DNA from: Callorhinchus milii
Taxonomy: Eukaryota
DNA: 64,000 nucleotides
NCBI RefSeq assembly: GCF_018977255.1
Contig: NW_024704742.1
Span: forward strand, 13,952,001 to 14,016,000
Direction of reading: 5' to 3'
Both the position numbers and the translations under genes were made by a program. Position 1 is the first letter of the stretch, and each line of letters begins with the position of its first letter. This document shows, in pieces, positions 61,100 through 64,000 of this stretch. Below the pieces are notes generated by a model, which ran no database searches, was not told the DNA's origin, and was given only the letters and a program-made list of their open reading frames with translations.

Positions 61100-61555
61100 C
61101 AACCACAAGAACATCAAGTTCAAGATTCTCGTCCTCACCTCCACAGTCTTGTCTCAACCTACATCTGCCACCTTCTAAAATCCTATCAGCCAGCCCGCTT
61201 CCTCTGCAGGCACTGGCCTGCTTCATGTGCCCTGTCCTGCCTCCATACTATTGGTTGTTGGGCTTTAAGCCGATCTGGCCCCACTCTCTCCAACTCCAAA
61301 CTGTAGCCCTTTCTCCTCATCCCTTATCTTGCCTCCTTCAAGGACCATCCTCTTTGATCGCACCTTCAACCATTTTTGTCCTCCATTCTCACCCCCTTGC
61401 CCCCTTCACCGCCCCAATCCAACCACTAGCTCAAGTTAAAAACCCTCGACTGCCCAACACCTTGGCACATCCTCACAATGTGAAAGGATCTATATAAATG
61501 CAATTTGTTGTTGTTGTAGATGTGAAAGGCATTATATAAATGTAAATTGTGTTGT
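61100..61555 (+). mobile_element. Old L2 3' fragment with doubled tail
   Basis: IKFKILVL-like DNA and two tails tatataaatgcaatttgttg and tatataaatgtaaattgtg. Confidence 0.8.
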
Positions 61556-61689
61556 ATCTATTGTATCCCACACAAGCAGCTAGGTAGGGCTTTCAAGACA
61601 GTGTGCAGAAGTGGAAAGCCTCTCTGAATGTCCCTTCCCTAATCCACGCTGCTAGCACTCGCTACTAAAAAAGATGTTAGTCTTCTTTG

Positions 61690-61915
61690 ATGGCTAAGTT
61701 GGTAAAGCCACTTCCTAGAATAAGACTGAGCATATTGATTCAGAATGTTCCAGCTTTGATCCTGATTTGTTATCAGTTATATTATTTCAGTTGTGACGGC
61801 AGTGTGCATGTTACATTTGGCCTTGGTGAGGCTGGGGGAGGGTTTCCCATTCCTGACCCCTATCCAATGATTCCTTGCTATTATGTGCACACACATGGAT
61901 ATTGGATGAAGACAG
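61690..61915 (+). mobile_element. Family X SINE-like copy with tRNA-like head
   Basis: A-box-like tggctaagttgg, B-box-like gctttgatcc, and core ttcctgacccctatccaatga...ggatattggatgaagacag. Confidence 0.55.
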
Positions 61916-61919
61916 TTAT

Positions 61920-62290
61920 AACAACAATAACAACTTGCAATTATATAACGCCTTTTAGGTGGGTAGTATCTTGGAGTGCTTAACAATTTGGGAGCTTGAT
62001 GCCGAGCCAGGGATAGTGGGGAGGTGATTGTAGGATGGGGCGGATCTTGAGATACAATCTGAAAAAGGGCGCAAGGTGGAGCGATTGAGAGTTCCAGAGT
62101 TTCAGCATATAGTGGCTGAAAGCATGGTGTTTGATGCTAGATGTGAGGATGAGAAATGTGCAAAAGGCAGGAGCCAGCTGAGCAAAGGGGATGTGGAATT
62201 GAGAGTGATTTAAGCAGGTTGGAGAAGTAGCAAGGTTTTAAGTAAGTGTGAGGATCTGCTCCAATTGTTAGAATCATCAATCTTGACCAT
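61920..62290 (-). mobile_element. Old L2 3' fragment
   Basis: acaacttgcaattatataacgcc tail and degraded C-terminal DNA (gagttccagag). Confidence 0.7.
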
Positions 62291-62449
62291 ACGTGTGATG
62301 CAATGAAGTAGCTGGACAAATATATGGGCGCTAGCTCAGCGTCAAACTACACCATTATTAAGCGCTCTAAAATACTACCCCAGTTGAAAGGCACTATATA
62401 AATGCAAGTTGTTGTTTGGCTGCACACGCAGTGATTGTAAACAAATCAA

Positions 62450-62800
62450 AGTGTCACTTGATGACAGACCTTTCAATTTTCCTCCCCTCTTGACCTGAAG
62501 GCACCGATTGCGACTGTTATATGGTACCACAGGTACTGGGCAGTAGATTGCCAAAATGGCTATTGTTCATGTTTGAGTCCAGGCTTCAGAACAATGTGTG
62601 CGTAACAGACAAGTCAAATTCTATCCTTGCCCAGTGTCTTCAAATACACATTTTCCAGCAGCTGGAACAGAGGATAGTGATCAGGAATGAATTTTCCCCT
62701 TTAAATCTAGGAAGCACTGTGGCCAATTGTAGCATCAGCCAGCCTTTTGGTTTGTATGAATCAACTTCAGTCTGGGCAGTAGCTTTGTCTACTGAGTCAT
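62450..62800 (-). mobile_element. Family X SINE-like copy
   Basis: ttttccagcagctgg...ggatagtgatcagga is the reverse complement of the family X core. Confidence 0.6.
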
Positions 62801-64000
62801 TGGGAGGAAGTGACAACACAAAATAACATTATAGCCCTTGTAGTGATGCGAAAATCGTGTGACCCATTTCGCTCTCCCCCAATATATTAAATTGTGTTTA
62901 GAAATGCTTAATTCGAGGCATCGTATCATTGAAAAATGACAGCTGCTGCTAGCTTTGTTTGAAAGGTTCAGAAAATGCTCCTGTGTTCAATAGTTGAAAT
63001 TTCGGCAAGGTTTTGAAGCCTGTATTTCTGTTGCAAGATATGACACTTAGCGAAGAATTTCATCAGCGCATTGTGGTTTCATAGGTGGCAACTCTGGTCA
63101 CGTAGAATCTTTCCGGTGTTGTGTGGTTGAACACTAATGAGCTCCAGCTTGCACAGAAACATACTGTGAAGAAATGTGTTTTCAGTGGCATTACTTGGGG
63201 ACTATTTTTTTTCAGAGACATGCTGAACTAAAATAGCTCAGAGCAATGTGCAATGAGTAAATCAAGAACACTGTGCCTGAACCATTTCTACTCTAAAGGA
63301 ATTCTGTCAGTAATAATCTTGAACATAGTGACCTGAATTTTCCTTTAGTTGTCAGGGGTTTTAACTTTTTTCACTATGATTAAACTTGACACCTGTCTTC
63401 TGCTTGACCTCTGACTATTAATTTTTGTGCAGTGTGGAGCATAGCTCTGAAATGAGAAGCTTGTCACATTGCTTAAACTAGAGAATCTATGGTGTGCCTG
63501 GCACTTGCCAGCATTTGAGACATCTTAAAGACGTGACAAAGTGCTATATCAAATGCAAGGATTATTATTATTTGTCAATGGTAATTTATCCCCTTTATAC
63601 AAGGTTGAGAAGGAAATATGGCAGCTTGTTACGGACTTTCTGCCCATATAACATGCGACGGAAGACAAACTGGGATCCTGATATTTTCAGCCGTTTTCAG
63701 TTAAATGCCTAGTTCAATTAATTTATTATATACAGAGGAAGAATCACTGAAGGATTCCAAAATGTTTGCGAGTTAAGAGTGAAACAACAGAAGTAATCCC
63801 GTTGGAAATTTAAGAATAAATTTAACATCCCCCTGTTGGAACCACATATTTGGATGCTGGATGATTATAGGATTGGGCTCAGTTGTGATATCCTCCCTCT
63901 CCTCCTCCTGTCCGGCTAATATCCTAACACTTGCAAGAGGCACAAGAGGGTGACAAGCACAGCGCTCATAAAACCATATTCCAAATGAAGTAAAAAGATG

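Overview
Vertebrate nuclear DNA, non-coding and dense in transposable elements (intronic or intergenic). The repeat content points to a cartilaginous fish, possibly a chimaera; this is inference from the L2 and CR1 LINEs, Deu-domain SacSINE1-like SINEs, a young tRNA-SINE ending in (TTA)n and shark-type Penelope termini. By rough tally about half the window is recognisable TE. Every ORF whose product I can recognise is LINE-derived (APE endonuclease, reverse transcriptase, CR1 ORF1 esterase); most other long ORFs are alternative frames of these elements. I see no confidently identifiable host gene, RNA gene, CRISPR array or prokaryotic system, and I cannot support a claim of a new biological system. 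Notable structures: (1) a near-full-length L2 with a CpG-rich promoter-like 5' end and a possible decayed 2A-like motif; (2) an end-to-end esterase-ORF1 CR1 nested in one SINE and carrying another; (3) a ~128-bp inverted duplication around a Penelope-like fragment; (4) a 608-bp segment with 38-bp terminal inverted repeats; (5) a hAT MITE carrying a 16-bp minisatellite; (6) two old repeat families I cannot name; (7) a compact PBX/MEIS plus CCAAT motif cluster; (8) a few weak orphan-exon candidates. Coordinates of degraded repeats are approximate, and identity figures are by-eye estimates.
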